Origin: an uncultured Alphaproteobacteria bacterium
GTDB taxonomy: Bacteria > Pseudomonadota > Alphaproteobacteria > RF32 > CAG-239
Length of the DNA stretch: 64,000 nucleotides
Direction of reading: 5' to 3'
Assembly (NCBI GenBank): GCA_910584385.1
Contig: CAJUAK010000002.1
Coordinates: forward strand, 34,418-98,417
In this document: piece by piece, positions 29,638-40,374 of the stretch
Position numbering within the stretch: the stretch's first letter is position 1
How the letters are laid out: the number at the start of each line of letters is the position of its first letter
Position numbers and translations under genes: made by a program
Notes under the pieces: generated by a model
Told to the model about the DNA's origin: nothing
The model's input: only the letters and a program-made list of their open reading frames with translations
Database searches by the model: none

Positions 29638-31443
29638 ATGCATACCCCAATGGAGCGGATTAGGAATTTTGCAATTATTGCCCATATTGACCACGGCAAG
29701 TCAACGCTGGCCGATCGGCTTATCGAATATTGCGGCGGCCTGGAAAAAAGAGAAATGACCGAACAGGTTTTAGATTCCATGGATATTGAAAAAGAACGTG
29801 GCATTACGATTAAGGCGCAGACCGTGCGCCTGAACTACCAGGCTAAAGATGGAAATTCTTATCAGCTTAATTTGATGGATACGCCCGGACACGTGGACTT
29901 TTCCTATGAGGTCTCCCGGTCTTTGGCTTCATGCGAAGGGTCTGTTCTGGTCGTGGATGCCACGCAGGGCGTGGAAGCGCAAACTTTGGCAAATGTTTAT
30001 TTGGCACTTGACAATAATCATGAAATCATTCCGGTCTTGAATAAAATAGACCTTCCTTCGGCTGAGCCAGAGAAAGTAAAGCAGCAAATAGAAGACGTTA
30101 TCGGATTAGATGCTTCGGAAGCTGTTGAAACCTCCGGAAAAAGCGGGCTTGGCGTGGAAAATTTGTTGGAGGCGATTGTTCAAAAGCTTCCGTCTCCTTC
30201 CGGAGATGAAAAGGCGCCTTTGAAAGCTTTGCTGATTGACAGTTGGTATGACGCTTACCTCGGGGTTATTATCCTGGTGCGCATTCATGACGGGGTTTTG
30301 CGCAAAAAAACACAAATCCGCATGATGTCAAGCGGTGCCACCTATCTTGTCGACCGTGTTGGCATATTTACGCCCAAGATGCAGGATGTTGATGCGCTCT
30401 ATCCAGGGGAAGTCGGCTTTTTAACCGCCAGCATTAAAGCTGTTGCCGATTGCAGCATTGGCGATACGATTACGGATAATAAAATGCCTTGCCAGGAACC
30501 ATTGCAAGGGTTTAAACCTTCTGTCCCGGTTGTTTTTTGTTCTATTTTTCCGGTGGATTCCAGCCAATATGAGGCGCTAAAGGATGCATTGGCGAAACTT
30601 AAGCTGAATGATGCGAGCATCGATTACCAAAATGAAAATTCCGCGGCGCTGGGGTTGGGGTTCCGCTGCGGTTTCCTTGGCTTGCTGCACATGGAGATTA
30701 TCCAAGAGCGCTTAGGGCGGGAATTTGATTTGGATCTTATTACGACGGCGCCGTCCGTTGCTTACAAAATCCATCTGACGGACGGTTCCGAAATGCTGTT
30801 GCATAATCCGGCGGACATGCCTGATGTAACTAAAATTTCATCGATCGAAGAACCGGTCGTCAAGGCAACAATTATGGTTCCCGACACTTATTTGGGAGCG
30901 GTATTAAAACTTTGCAATGACCGTCGCGGCGAACAGCATGAATTGACCTATGTCGGGAGCCGGGCGATGGTGGTGTATAAAATTCCTTTAAATGAAATTG
31001 TCTTTGATTTTTATGACCGCCTGAAATCTATTACCAGCGGCTATGCCAGCTTTGATTATGAAATTATCGGCTATGAAGTTTCGGATTTGGTGCGTGTTCA
31101 AATTTTAATTAATGAAGAACCTGTTGATGCTTTGGCTTTTTTGTGCCATCGCAGCGAGGCCGAATCCCGCGGGCGCCAGATTTGCGAGCGCCTTAAAGAC
31201 CTCATCCCCAGGCATTTATTTAAAATTCCAATCCAGGCTGCCATCGGCGGAAGGGTTGTTGCCCGCGAAACCATCTCTGCTTTGCGCAAAGATGTAACGG
31301 CCAAATGTTATGGCGGCGATGTAACCCGTAAGCGTAAACTTCTGGATAAACAGAAAAAAGGCAAGCTCCGCATGCGGCAGTTCGGCAAGGTTGAAGTTCC
31401 CCAGTCGGCGTTTATTGAGGCGTTGCGTATCGGCGACCAGTAA
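29638..31443 (+). CDS. lepA: Elongation factor 4 (LepA).
   Basis: GTPase motifs ([17 protein letters not shown] and NKID) and the LepA-specific C-terminal domain. Confidence 0.9.
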   Translation: MHTPMERIRNFAIIAHIDHGKSTLADRLIEYCGGLEKREMTEQVLDSMDIEKERGITIKAQTVRLNYQAKDGNSYQLNLMDTPGHVDFSYEVSRSLASCEGSVLVVDATQGVEAQTLANVYLALDNNHEIIPVLNKIDLPSAEPEKVKQQIEDVIGLDASEAVETSGKSGLGVENLLEAIVQKLPSPSGDEKAPLKALLIDSWYDAYLGVIILVRIHDGVLRKKTQIRMMSSGATYLVDRVGIFTPKMQDVDALYPGEVGFLTASIKAVADCSIGDTITDNKMPCQEPLQGFKPSVPVVFCSIFPVDSSQYEALKDALAKLKLNDASIDYQNENSAALGLGFRCGFLGLLHMEIIQERLGREFDLDLITTAPSVAYKIHLTDGSEMLLHNPADMPDVTKISSIEEPVVKATIMVPDTYLGAVLKLCNDRRGEQHELTYVGSRAMVVYKIPLNEIVFDFYDRLKSITSGYASFDYEIIGYEVSDLVRVQILINEEPVDALAFLCHRSEAESRGRQICERLKDLIPRHLFKIPIQAAIGGRVVARETISALRKDVTAKCYGGDVTRKRKLLDKQKKGKLRMRQFGKVEVPQSAFIEALRIGDQ

Positions 31444-31466
31444 AAAGTTCGTATAACGTCTCATTC

Positions 31467-31540
31467 AGCGCGATTAAATTCGGATGGAAAAAATTCACGT
31501 ACGTTTATGTACGCTAAAATTTTTTCCGCCTTTTAAATTA
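31467..31540. repeat. Intergenic structured repeat, type A copy 1.
   Basis: Stem ggaaaaaatt/aattttttcc around the core tcacgtacgtttatgtacgct. About 90% identical to 31713..31786. Confidence 0.55.
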
Positions 31541-31584
31541 CGCCGGCTAAGATATTCTCCAAACTTTTTATTCAAATTTTTCAG

Positions 31585-31694
31585 TTGGCAACTAATACAG
31601 AAATAGCAGGTCGGAAGTTTCCTCACGTACCTTATGTACGCTGTGGTACTTCCGCCTTTATTTCTTATTATTTGCGCACGCTATCCGAACTTTT
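31585..31694. repeat. Intergenic structured repeat, type B copy 2.
   Basis: Aligns with 14314..14424. Core cctcacgtaccttatgtacgctg. Confidence 0.6.
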
Positions 31695-31712
31695 ATCTTT
31701 ACGGCGCTCATC

Positions 31713-31786
31713 CGGCGCGATTGAATTCGGACGGAAAAAATTTACGTATGTTTATGTACGCTAAAATTTTTTCCGCCTTTTAAACC
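31713..31786. repeat. Intergenic structured repeat, type A copy 2. It abuts or overlaps the deoA stop.
   Basis: Aligns with 31467..31540. Confidence 0.55.
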
Positions 31787-33096
31787 TATCCGATCTTTTC
31801 GATAACACAGGCAGAAGCCGCTGGTTCTTTATCGCTTATTTGGATGTTGTCCAAGATATCTTTTGCCGCTTCCTGCCATTCTTCTTCGCTCTGGGCATGA
31901 ATAACGCAAAGCGGTGTGTGTGCATCGGCATAATCGCCGATTTGGCAAAAATCGCTAAAGCCGGTGGCATAGTCAAGTTTTTGATCGCTCCTAACCCGTC
32001 CGCCTTTAAGTTTGATTAATGCTAGTCCGATGTTTCGGGTATTCATGCCGCTGATGTATCCGCTTTTCTTTGCAAAAATTTCTTTTACAACTTTTGCTTT
32101 TGGAAGGTAATTGGCTGAATGTTCTGCAAAATCTTTCGGACCGCCGAGCATGGCAACCATTTTGGAGAATATTTCCAGTGCTTTTCCGCTCTTTAATGCC
32201 TTATTTAGTTTTTCTTCCGCTTCTTGAATACTGTCGGCTAATTTGCTGGTGAGCAAAAGTTCTGCACAGAGGGATAGCGTAATCTGGTGCAGGCGCTTGT
32301 CTTTATTTCTTCCTTGCAGATACTCGACAGCTTCCTGCATTTCCAGGGCATTGCCGACGGTTGTTCCTAAAACCTGATTCATGTCTGTCAGCAAGGCGCT
32401 GGTTTTGCAGCCTGCTGCATTCGCAACGTTTACAATTGATTTTGCTAATTTTCTGGCATCTTCCAAATTATCCATAAAAGCGCCGTTGCCGCATTTCAAA
32501 TCCATAACCAGGCAATCTAATCCGGCTGCCAGTTTTTTGGAAAGAATAGATGCCGTGATGAGCGGTATGGATTCAACTGTTCCGCAAACATCCCGTATTG
32601 CATATATTTTCTTATCGGCAGGTGCCAGATTTCCGGTTTGTCCGATAATTGCGCATCCGGCTTCTTTAACCGTTTGGGCGAATAGTTCATTTGTCGGCAT
32701 TGTTTGGTAGCCGGGAATAGAATCAAATTTATCCAGAGTGCCGCCGGTATGTCCGAGCCCGCGTCCGGAAATCATCGGGACGAATCCGCCGCAGGCAGCA
32801 ACCATAGGGGCCAGCATTAAGCTGACTTTGTCGCCGACGCCGCCGGAGGAATGTTTGTCAACAATCGGCCCGGGCATCCCTTTCCAGGAAAGGACATCTC
32901 CGGAATCCCTCATTGCAAGGGTTAGCGTGGCAGTTTCTTCATTGTTGAATCCATTAAGAAAAATGGCCATTGTGAGTGCGGCGGTTTGTGCATCCATAAT
33001 GCTTCCGTCCGTAATGCCCCGGATAAATTCTTGGATTTCTTCTTTGCTTAAAATTCCGCGATTGCGTTTTTTTCGTATAATTTCTTGTGGAAGCAT
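31786..33096 (-). CDS. deoA: Thymidine phosphorylase.
   Basis: Pyrimidine-nucleoside phosphorylase family motifs (KHSSGGVGDK, MISGRGLGHTGGTLDK). Confidence 0.9.
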   Translation of the reverse strand: MLPQEIIRKKRNRGILSKEEIQEFIRGITDGSIMDAQTAALTMAIFLNGFNNEETATLTLAMRDSGDVLSWKGMPGPIVDKHSSGGVGDKVSLMLAPMVAACGGFVPMISGRGLGHTGGTLDKFDSIPGYQTMPTNELFAQTVKEAGCAIIGQTGNLAPADKKIYAIRDVCGTVESIPLITASILSKKLAAGLDCLVMDLKCGNGAFMDNLEDARKLAKSIVNVANAAGCKTSALLTDMNQVLGTTVGNALEMQEAVEYLQGRNKDKRLHQITLSLCAELLLTSKLADSIQEAEEKLNKALKSGKALEIFSKMVAMLGGPKDFAEHSANYLPKAKVVKEIFAKKSGYISGMNTRNIGLALIKLKGGRVRSDQKLDYATGFSDFCQIGDYADAHTPLCVIHAQSEEEWQEAAKDILDNIQISDKEPAASACVIEKIG

Positions 33097-33833
33097 TAGT
33101 AACCTCTCTTAATTACATTTATCAAATCATCTAACAGGGAGCTGGCGCCAATTCTGAAATTTTGCGGGGTTATCCATTTTCCGCCCATGATTGAAGATGC
33201 CAAAACCATATATTTTTTTGCCTCTTCCAAAGTCTTGATGCCGCCGCTTGCTTTGAATCCGGCTTTGCTTTTAGCGGATTTGATTGTTTCCAAAATGGCG
33301 TTTGCAGCTTCCGGCGTGGCGGAAACTTGTGTCTTGCCGGTGGATGTTTTTATAAAATCGGCACCGTTTTCAATGCCGATTTTTGCGGCGTCTTTTATTA
33401 ACAGGGCTTTTTTGATTTCGCCCGTTTCTAAAATCAGTTTTAACGGAATTTTTTTGCCGCAAAGGCTTTTGGCCGTTTTGACGTAATCTTGGCAGGCGGC
33501 GAAGTTTTTATTCAGGTACTCCTTGTACGGAAATACGGCATCAATTTCATTTGCGCCGTATTTAAGCGCTGCTTCGATTTCTTTTTGCAAAAGCGTTATA
33601 TTGTTTTCTCCTTCCGGAAAATTGACAACCGTGGCAATGTTTATCCCGCTGCCGTTTAATTCTTCTTTTGCAAGAGGGACAAATTTAGGGTAAACGCATA
33701 CGGCGGCTGTTTTGCCATATGTGCTGTTTGCCTTTTCGCAGAGGCTGGCAATTTTATATTCTGAATCGTTGGCATTGAGCGATGTGAGGTCAAGGCAGCG
33801 AAGCAGGTTATAGGCGGCGGTAACGTCATCCAT
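33096..33833 (-). CDS. deoC: Deoxyribose-phosphate aldolase.
   Basis: DeoC fold with the Schiff-base lysine region (FIKTSTGK). Confidence 0.85.
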   Translation of the reverse strand: MDDVTAAYNLLRCLDLTSLNANDSEYKIASLCEKANSTYGKTAAVCVYPKFVPLAKEELNGSGINIATVVNFPEGENNITLLQKEIEAALKYGANEIDAVFPYKEYLNKNFAACQDYVKTAKSLCGKKIPLKLILETGEIKKALLIKDAAKIGIENGADFIKTSTGKTQVSATPEAANAILETIKSAKSKAGFKASGGIKTLEEAKKYMVLASSIMGGKWITPQNFRIGASSLLDDLINVIKRGY

Positions 33834-33834
33834 T

Positions 33835-34641
33835 TTAATTTTCCTCTAAAAATTTCTTAACCAAGGCGGTAAGGTTCTTTCCGGCAACATTTGCCGAAGC
33901 AAGCGTTTCTTCGTGGCTGGGCGGTGTGCTGCAGAGCCCGGCGCCGAAATTTGTTATGACGGAAATGCCCAAAACTTTAATGCCGGCGTAAACGGCGGCG
34001 ATGACTTCCGGAACAGTCGACATGCCGACGGCATCTCCGCCCAGAATCCTAAAAGCGCGTATTTCCGCGGGCGTTTCAAAATTTGGTCCCAAGGCCATCA
34101 GATAAACGCCTTTTTTCAGTTCGATGCCCGCTTTTTGCGCTGTTTGTTCAAAGCTTTTGCGCAGGGCGGCATCATAAGCGTTGTTCATTGCCGGAAAACG
34201 AGGGCCGTATTTTTCATCGTCCATGCCCAGAAGCGGATTTTTTCCGCTGAAATTGATGTGGTCTTCAATAAGCATCAGGGTTCCCGGTTCAAAATCTGTC
34301 CGCAGGGAACCTGCCGCATTTGTGGCGATTAATTGCTTAATGCCGATTAGCTTAAAGGCCGCCAATAAATTTTTAATAATTTGCGGGTTATGCCCTTCGT
34401 AGAGGTGAAAGCGCCCCTGCATGCAAAGAATTTTATGGCGCCCTATAATGCCGGCAATAAAGCGCCCTTTATGCCCGCTGACATTGGTGGCGGGAAGTTC
34501 AGGCATATCGGCATAGTTGACAATGGCCGGATTTTCAATTTCTCCGGCCAGTCCGCCCAGCCCGCTGCCCAAAATTATTAATGTGTCCGGGCAGAATCCG
34601 TTTAGATGTTTTTGCAGGGAAGATGCCAATTTTTCAATCAT
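33835..34641 (-). CDS. Purine nucleoside phosphorylase (family I, PunA type).
   Basis: PNP/MTAP family motifs (LIILGSGLGGLA, GRFHLYEG, VGMSTVPEVI). Confidence 0.85.
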   Translation of the reverse strand: MIEKLASSLQKHLNGFCPDTLIILGSGLGGLAGEIENPAIVNYADMPELPATNVSGHKGRFIAGIIGRHKILCMQGRFHLYEGHNPQIIKNLLAAFKLIGIKQLIATNAAGSLRTDFEPGTLMLIEDHINFSGKNPLLGMDDEKYGPRFPAMNNAYDAALRKSFEQTAQKAGIELKKGVYLMALGPNFETPAEIRAFRILGGDAVGMSTVPEVIAAVYAGIKVLGISVITNFGAGLCSTPPSHEETLASANVAGKNLTALVKKFLEEN

Positions 34642-35039
34642 TTTGTTAAATCCTTGTCTTGAAATGCCAATGGCAAAAGTTCTTTTAATGGCAGGCTTTT
34701 TTGTATGCCGTTTTTATTGGCCAGGTGGATGATGGTTTCTGGCGTTCCGAATTCGGCAATGCGCTGGCGGCATGCGCCGCAGGGCGTAATCAGGTTTGAG
34801 CCCTTGCCAATTATCAATATCTCTGAAATTTCAGCGTCTCCGCCGGCAACCATTGCCGAGATGGCTCCTTGTTCCGCACAGGTGCCGCATGGGTAGGAAA
34901 TGTTTTCAACATTGCATCCGGAATAAATGTTTCCGTTTGAAGAAAGTATGGCTGCGCCAACGCTGAATTTTGAATAGGGGGCGTAGGCATTTTCCATAAT
35001 TTTTAAAGCTGTTTCAAAGAGGGTGATTTTTTTGCTCAT
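34638..35039 (-). CDS. cdd: Cytidine deaminase.
   Basis: Zinc-binding CAEQ and PCGACRQ motifs. Length 133 aa. Confidence 0.85.
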   Translation of the reverse strand: MSKKITLFETALKIMENAYAPYSKFSVGAAILSSNGNIYSGCNVENISYPCGTCAEQGAISAMVAGGDAEISEILIIGKGSNLITPCGACRQRIAEFGTPETIIHLANKNGIQKSLPLKELLPLAFQDKDLTK

Positions 35040-35111
35040 TCCTGGTAATACCTTAAAATTAAAAGTTTTCTTAATTATTTTATGTTGTTATAATAAAGAG
35101 CAAATCTGAAT

Positions 35112-38100
35112 ATGGCAAGGAGAAGTTTCTTGAAAAAGGCATTGATTATTACAGCGGCTGTTTTGCTAACGATTTTAATTGGAGCCGGCGCTTATATCGC
35201 ATCGATTGACTGGACGCGCTACCGGGAAGATATTGCGATGCAAATTTCAAAAATGAGCGGCAAAAAACTGTCTTTCGACGGGCCTTTTGAATTTACGATG
35301 TACCCTTCTCCTTATATGGTTGCACAAGATGTTAAGATTTATAATCCTGCAAGCGAAAGCGAAAAACCCATTGCAACAATCAAAAAAATGGTGGTTGATT
35401 TATCCCTTATGCCTTTGCTGCAAGGAGTTATTGATATCCGCCATATGTCATTTATCGAGCCGCAAATCGAGGTTTTGGTTTTAGAGGACGGGAAGCTTAA
35501 CTGGCAATCGGATTTTAATCAGGAACAGATTGCGCAAATTCGAAACACGGAAGTGATGCTTAATTCCTTAACCCTGGAAAAGGGGGAGTTGTCTTTTTCA
35601 GATGAAGAAGCGGGAATTTATTGGAAGTTAAATAATCTTAATGCGGAAATTATTGCGCAAAACCTGCTTGGCCCATACCGCATTGAAGGGAGTTATTTGC
35701 GAAGCGGGAATCCTGAGGGCTTTGCCGTTTCTCTCGGGCAGTTTACAGAAAATTTTGCAACTTCGCTTAATTTAGTGCTGACACATCCGCAATCAGACAG
35801 CTATTTGCGTTTTGACGGTTCTTTTCTGCTTTCGAACCGTTCAATCAATGGCAATCTGGTTTTGGAAAGCAAAAATGTTAAAAGATTGGCGGAACATAAT
35901 TTGAACGGCTTTACTTTGAACGAGGCTTATAATTATCCGCTGTCTATTTCAACAGGCGTCAATGCCAATAAGACCCAAATCGATTTATCCGGTTTCACCT
36001 TAAAATACGGTTCCACGGCCGGGGCGGGAAATATATTATTGCCGCTTGCCGAAGAGTCATATAATTATGGCGAAAAACAAATTTCGAAGAAGCAGTTGGA
36101 AACAGCTTTTAATTTTACAAACCTTGATTTGGAACCTTTGGCTTATGCTTTGAAGGAATTTATCCAGACCTATAAAAGCCCTGAAAATAAATTGTATCTT
36201 CCGGAAGATTTTAACGTGATTGGCGATGTGAGGTCTGTTAACGCGACGTATAACGGGCAGGATGTGAAAGATTTAAGCTTTAGTTTTGACTATACGAATA
36301 AGCTTTTGCATGTGAACAATTTGGCAGCGGCTTTGCCCGGGGATACGTCTTTTGATTTGAAGGGCGATTTTTATGCGGAAGACGGCGTTCCGTTCTATGA
36401 TTTTGAAACATCTTTTAACTCCGGAGATTTAACGGAGGCTTTGTCTTGGCTTGATATTAAGCCGCAAATTAGCAATGCCGGCGTGCTGCGCCGCAGCAAC
36501 GGCAGCGCAAAAATAAGCGGAACCAATAAAAAGCTTTCCGTCTCCCCTTTTAAGGTTACTTTGGATAAAAGCAGTTTAAGCGGGGAATATGGCATTAAGT
36601 TTGGCAACCGTAATGATTCTTTGCTGGTGTTGTCTGCGGATATGATTAATTTTGATAATTATATCAGCGCGATGCCAAAAGAAGAGGCCGAGCAGGGACT
36701 GGCGAACAGGCTGCAATACCGTTTTGCGCAGCTTGGCGCTTTGAACGATTTTGAAATGCAGGCAGATATCCGGCTTGACCTGGGCATATTTGAAGGATTG
36801 CCTTTAGAAAATGTTGAACTTAAGGCCACATTGGTTGACGGAATTTTGGACATTTCAAAGTTAAAAATTGCCAATGCGGCAAATATGAGCGTGGAAGCGC
36901 TTGGAAATGTCAAAGGTTTTGGTGAGAAATCGGCGTTTGAAAATCTGCGCTATAATATTATTACCGAAGATTTGCCGGCTTGGCTGAACAAGATGGAAGC
37001 AACATTGCCGGAAGTTAATTTAAAGCAAGTTCACAATTTTGATTCCGAAGGGATTATAACCGGCGATTTGAACCGTATGGCAATGAAAAGCAACACTCAG
37101 CTTGGAGATTTAAAACTCAATTTTGGCGGACAGCTTTCCAACGGCAAAGGCGGATGGCAGGTTAACGGGCAGGTAAAGGCGGAACATCCTGATTTTGTAG
37201 AAATGCTTCATGACTTTAATATTAATTATAATCCGCAAAATTATATCTTGGGGCGCTTTGTTCTAAACGGCAAAGCGGTGGGAAGCCGCCAAGCTTTTAA
37301 GCTGTCGGATATGAAAGCGAATATCGGCGTGAATGAGTTTAAAGGCGACCTTGTTTACGAAAATACGGATAACCGCCCGTCAATTGTAACGGATTTGGAA
37401 ATCAGCAGCTTTGAATGGGAAAAATTTATTTACAATACTTCAAAAGAAAAAACGCCGCCATTTGCCGTAACAAACGGCGAAACGGCGAATTTGTGGCAGC
37501 AGCCCAAATGGCCGGCTGGAAAAATCGATTATAGCTTTTACCAGTCTTTTGATTTATCCGCTGCTTTGAAAGTAAAGAAATTTTCTGCGGGCGGCAGGGA
37601 GTTAACCGGAGCCTCAGCAAATTTGAAAATTAATAACGGCGTTTTGAATCTTTCTGATTTAACCGGGCAGATATGGGGCGGCATGCTTCAGGGCGATATG
37701 GAGCTTAATATGAATGCGCCGGCATTGTCTGCAAAAGGAAAGCTTGAAAATGCCGATGCCGCCCTTATGGAATTAAGCGGCGGCCTTTATGGCCCGAAAA
37801 AAGGCATTCTTTCCCTTCAGGGGCAGGTGAACTCTTCGGCTGTTTCTCCCGCGGAATTTTTAGGAAAACTTTCAGGAGAGCTTAATGTTTCTTTAAATAA
37901 TGTTTTGCTTAAGGGGTGGAATTTGCCGGCAGTCTATACGGATTTGCAAAAGAGGGATGTTTCTGAAGGCTTGGGCGTTTTGGTCAGAGACAGCCTTTCA
38001 AGCGGTGAAATGGAAGTTGATGAAATTAAGTTTCCTTTGAGCTTTAACCAGGGCAGTTTTAGCTTTAATAATTTGCAAATGAATGCCGGAAGCATGGCAG

Positions 38101-39275
38101 TTTCAGCTTCGGGAACAGGAAGTTTGCCCGAGTGGAATCTGAATAGCCGTTGGAATGTCCGTTATGACGGTTTAAATGGACTGCCGGGCTTCGGCTTTGG
38201 CTTTAACGGCTCTCTTAGCAGCCCCGAGGCTGATATAGATGTGGCTGCACTGACCGGGCTTTATGATGCAAGGCAAAGAAAAATAGAAGAGGAAAAGCAG
38301 GCGCGTGAAGATGAAAAACGTGCGAAGCTCAAAGAACAGATTGATAACCAGCAGCAGGTCGGTACGGCTTTGAAGGATGAATTGTCCCGTTTGACAGATT
38401 TGCTTGAGAACAAAAGAAAGCTGAGTAGCAACCAATTGATGCTCGACCGCTTTAGCGAGCTTCACTCTGCCGCGCAGGCTTCAGAAACGGAAATCGCCGA
38501 TATTTTGATTATGGGAAGTTCTGATAATGTAAACGAAAACCTTTTAAATGACTTGGCGCGCCGGAATGAGACAGCAACTCAAAATCTGGAGAAGCTTAAA
38601 CGGAATTTATTCCAGGCTTTTCTTGATGATGCCAAATTGCGCAGCAAAGAACAGCATGACCGCTTTGTTGAAGTCTATAATGCATATAAAAGCAATAAGT
38701 TTAACTTTAATGCAGAAAATGAACGTTTGATGCAGGATTTGAAACTTATTGAAACCCAATATGCCCTTGACAAAGACGAAGAAGCGATAAAAATGCTGGC
38801 GGAAATTGAAAAGTTTGAACAAGATGCCGAAGCTTTTAACGGCTTGTTGGAACAGAAATATGCTGCCCAGCAAAATAGCACCGATGCAGATGAATGGGAG
38901 GCCTATTATGTGGAAATGGCTCCCCAGAACCAGGCGGCTCTTGATAATTTGAAGGCGGCGGAAGATGCACTGCAGAAATATTTGGAATATGCCTCGGCAA
39001 AAACGGAAAATGAAAAAACTGTTTACAATAATAAGATAAGGGAAGAGGAAGTCAAAAAGAAGCTGGAGAAAAATACGGGCGTTATTTCAATTAAGAAAAC
39101 GGGCAAAAATGTTGTTGTAACCCGGGATATTGATGAAATTGAAAAGGCTGAGGAAATGAAGGCCAATGAAGATGTTCCGATTTTGGACTTTAGCCGAAAG
39201 CCTTCTAAAAACAACATTTCCAAAACAGAGGATACGGATGGAAAGGTCGTTAAGGCAAAAAGAAAAATCCGTTGA
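35112..39275 (+). CDS. asmA: AsmA-family outer-membrane assembly protein with an extended C-terminal coiled-coil region rich in K/E.
   Basis: N-terminal transmembrane anchor (ALIITAAVLLTILIGAGAYIA) and a long beta-rich AsmA-like body. The last roughly 300 aa are charged and helical. Confidence 0.65.
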   Translation: MARRSFLKKALIITAAVLLTILIGAGAYIASIDWTRYREDIAMQISKMSGKKLSFDGPFEFTMYPSPYMVAQDVKIYNPASESEKPIATIKKMVVDLSLMPLLQGVIDIRHMSFIEPQIEVLVLEDGKLNWQSDFNQEQIAQIRNTEVMLNSLTLEKGELSFSDEEAGIYWKLNNLNAEIIAQNLLGPYRIEGSYLRSGNPEGFAVSLGQFTENFATSLNLVLTHPQSDSYLRFDGSFLLSNRSINGNLVLESKNVKRLAEHNLNGFTLNEAYNYPLSISTGVNANKTQIDLSGFTLKYGSTAGAGNILLPLAEESYNYGEKQISKKQLETAFNFTNLDLEPLAYALKEFIQTYKSPENKLYLPEDFNVIGDVRSVNATYNGQDVKDLSFSFDYTNKLLHVNNLAAALPGDTSFDLKGDFYAEDGVPFYDFETSFNSGDLTEALSWLDIKPQISNAGVLRRSNGSAKISGTNKKLSVSPFKVTLDKSSLSGEYGIKFGNRNDSLLVLSADMINFDNYISAMPKEEAEQGLANRLQYRFAQLGALNDFEMQADIRLDLGIFEGLPLENVELKATLVDGILDISKLKIANAANMSVEALGNVKGFGEKSAFENLRYNIITEDLPAWLNKMEATLPEVNLKQVHNFDSEGIITGDLNRMAMKSNTQLGDLKLNFGGQLSNGKGGWQVNGQVKAEHPDFVEMLHDFNINYNPQNYILGRFVLNGKAVGSRQAFKLSDMKANIGVNEFKGDLVYENTDNRPSIVTDLEISSFEWEKFIYNTSKEKTPPFAVTNGETANLWQQPKWPAGKIDYSFYQSFDLSAALKVKKFSAGGRELTGASANLKINNGVLNLSDLTGQIWGGMLQGDMELNMNAPALSAKGKLENADAALMELSGGLYGPKKGILSLQGQVNSSAVSPAEFLGKLSGELNVSLNNVLLKGWNLPAVYTDLQKRDVSEGLGVLVRDSLSSGEMEVDEIKFPLSFNQGSFSFNNLQMNAGSMAVSASGTGSLPEWNLNSRWNVRYDGLNGLPGFGFGFNGSLSSPEADIDVAALTGLYDARQRKIEEEKQAREDEKRAKLKEQIDNQQQVGTALKDELSRLTDLLENKRKLSSNQLMLDRFSELHSAAQASETEIADILIMGSSDNVNENLLNDLARRNETATQNLEKLKRNLFQAFLDDAKLRSKEQHDRFVEVYNAYKSNKFNFNAENERLMQDLKLIETQYALDKDEEAIKMLAEIEKFEQDAEAFNGLLEQKYAAQQNSTDADEWEAYYVEMAPQNQAALDNLKAAEDALQKYLEYASAKTENEKTVYNNKIREEEVKKKLEKNTGVISIKKTGKNVVVTRDIDEIEKAEEMKANEDVPILDFSRKPSKNNISKTEDTDGKVVKAKRKIR

Positions 39276-39385
39276 TGAAAAAGGCCTTTTGCAGTTGATT
39301 GTTGCAACTTGAGCTTGCCCCGCTGTTTTTTTGTGTTATATATTAACTATAAAAAATTAATTTTAAAAAATGGAGTTTATATGAC

Positions 39386-40273
39386 ATGAAAAAACCTGAA
39401 GTTTGTATTTTGCCGGTAGCGGGCCTTTCCACAAGAAACCTCCCAGCGACAAAGGCGCTTCACAAAGGTTTTCTTACCTTGCACAATCTGCCGATTATTC
39501 AATATGCCGTTAACGCCTGCGCGGAAATCGGCATTAAAGAGATTGTATTTATATACAGCGACCAGTCTTGCAAAGATTTGTTTGAAAAATATTTCCGCCC
39601 GTATGAATGGCTTGAAAACCATCTGCAGGAAAAAGGCAAATTGGACATTCTTGCAAATTTGCGTTCGGTTATTCCTGCCGGCATGAAGTTTTCTTTTGCC
39701 GAACAAAAAGAGCCTAAAGGAAACGGGCATGCCATATTAATGGCAAAAGAAGTTGTCGGCGACCGCGATTTTATTGTTATGTGGCCGGACGACGTATATA
39801 TCAATCTTCATGGCGACGGCGTTTTGAAGCAGCTGCTGGATGTTTATATGGCTGAAGGCGGAATGGTTGAAAATATTATGGAATTTCCCCGGGAAGAAAT
39901 GGTTCGCTACGGCGCTTTGGTCGGTGCTGTGCGCGATGGGCGCATTGTCCGTGCAAAAGGTTTGGTGGAAAAGCCGGCCCTTGAGAATGTGCCTTCAAAT
40001 TACGCAAGCATGGGTCCCTATATTCTGCCTAATGCGGTTATGCAGATTTTGCCGGAAGTCCGCAAAGGGACAAACGGGGAAATCAACCTGACAGATGCGA
40101 TGGAACTTGCCGCGCAAAGAGGCATGAAGTTAACCGGCGTTTTGTGCGATGCAATGCGTTTTGATTGCGGAACGACAAAAGACCTGGAACGTTCCAATAT
40201 GAAGCTTTCGCTTATGCAGGATCCTGATTTGCGCGCTTATTGCTGCGACTTGCTGCAAACGATGATGGTTTAG
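39386..40273 (+). CDS. galU: UTP--glucose-1-phosphate uridylyltransferase.
   Basis: Nucleotidyltransferase motif LPVAGLSTRNLPATKALHK and length about 295 aa. Confidence 0.85.
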   Translation: MKKPEVCILPVAGLSTRNLPATKALHKGFLTLHNLPIIQYAVNACAEIGIKEIVFIYSDQSCKDLFEKYFRPYEWLENHLQEKGKLDILANLRSVIPAGMKFSFAEQKEPKGNGHAILMAKEVVGDRDFIVMWPDDVYINLHGDGVLKQLLDVYMAEGGMVENIMEFPREEMVRYGALVGAVRDGRIVRAKGLVEKPALENVPSNYASMGPYILPNAVMQILPEVRKGTNGEINLTDAMELAAQRGMKLTGVLCDAMRFDCGTTKDLERSNMKLSLMQDPDLRAYCCDLLQTMMV

Positions 40274-40305
40274 AAAAAAACGCTCCGCAAGGAGCGTTTT
40301 TTTTT
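40274..40305 (+). terminator. Rho-independent terminator after galU (cgctccgcaaggagcg followed by T9).
   Basis: Perfect stem with a T-run. Confidence 0.6.
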
Positions 40306-40374
40306 GGTTTAAATTTCTTCCGGCAAATATTGCCTTGCAAACAGAGGCAACAGGGTGGTTTTGCCTTTGGAAAA

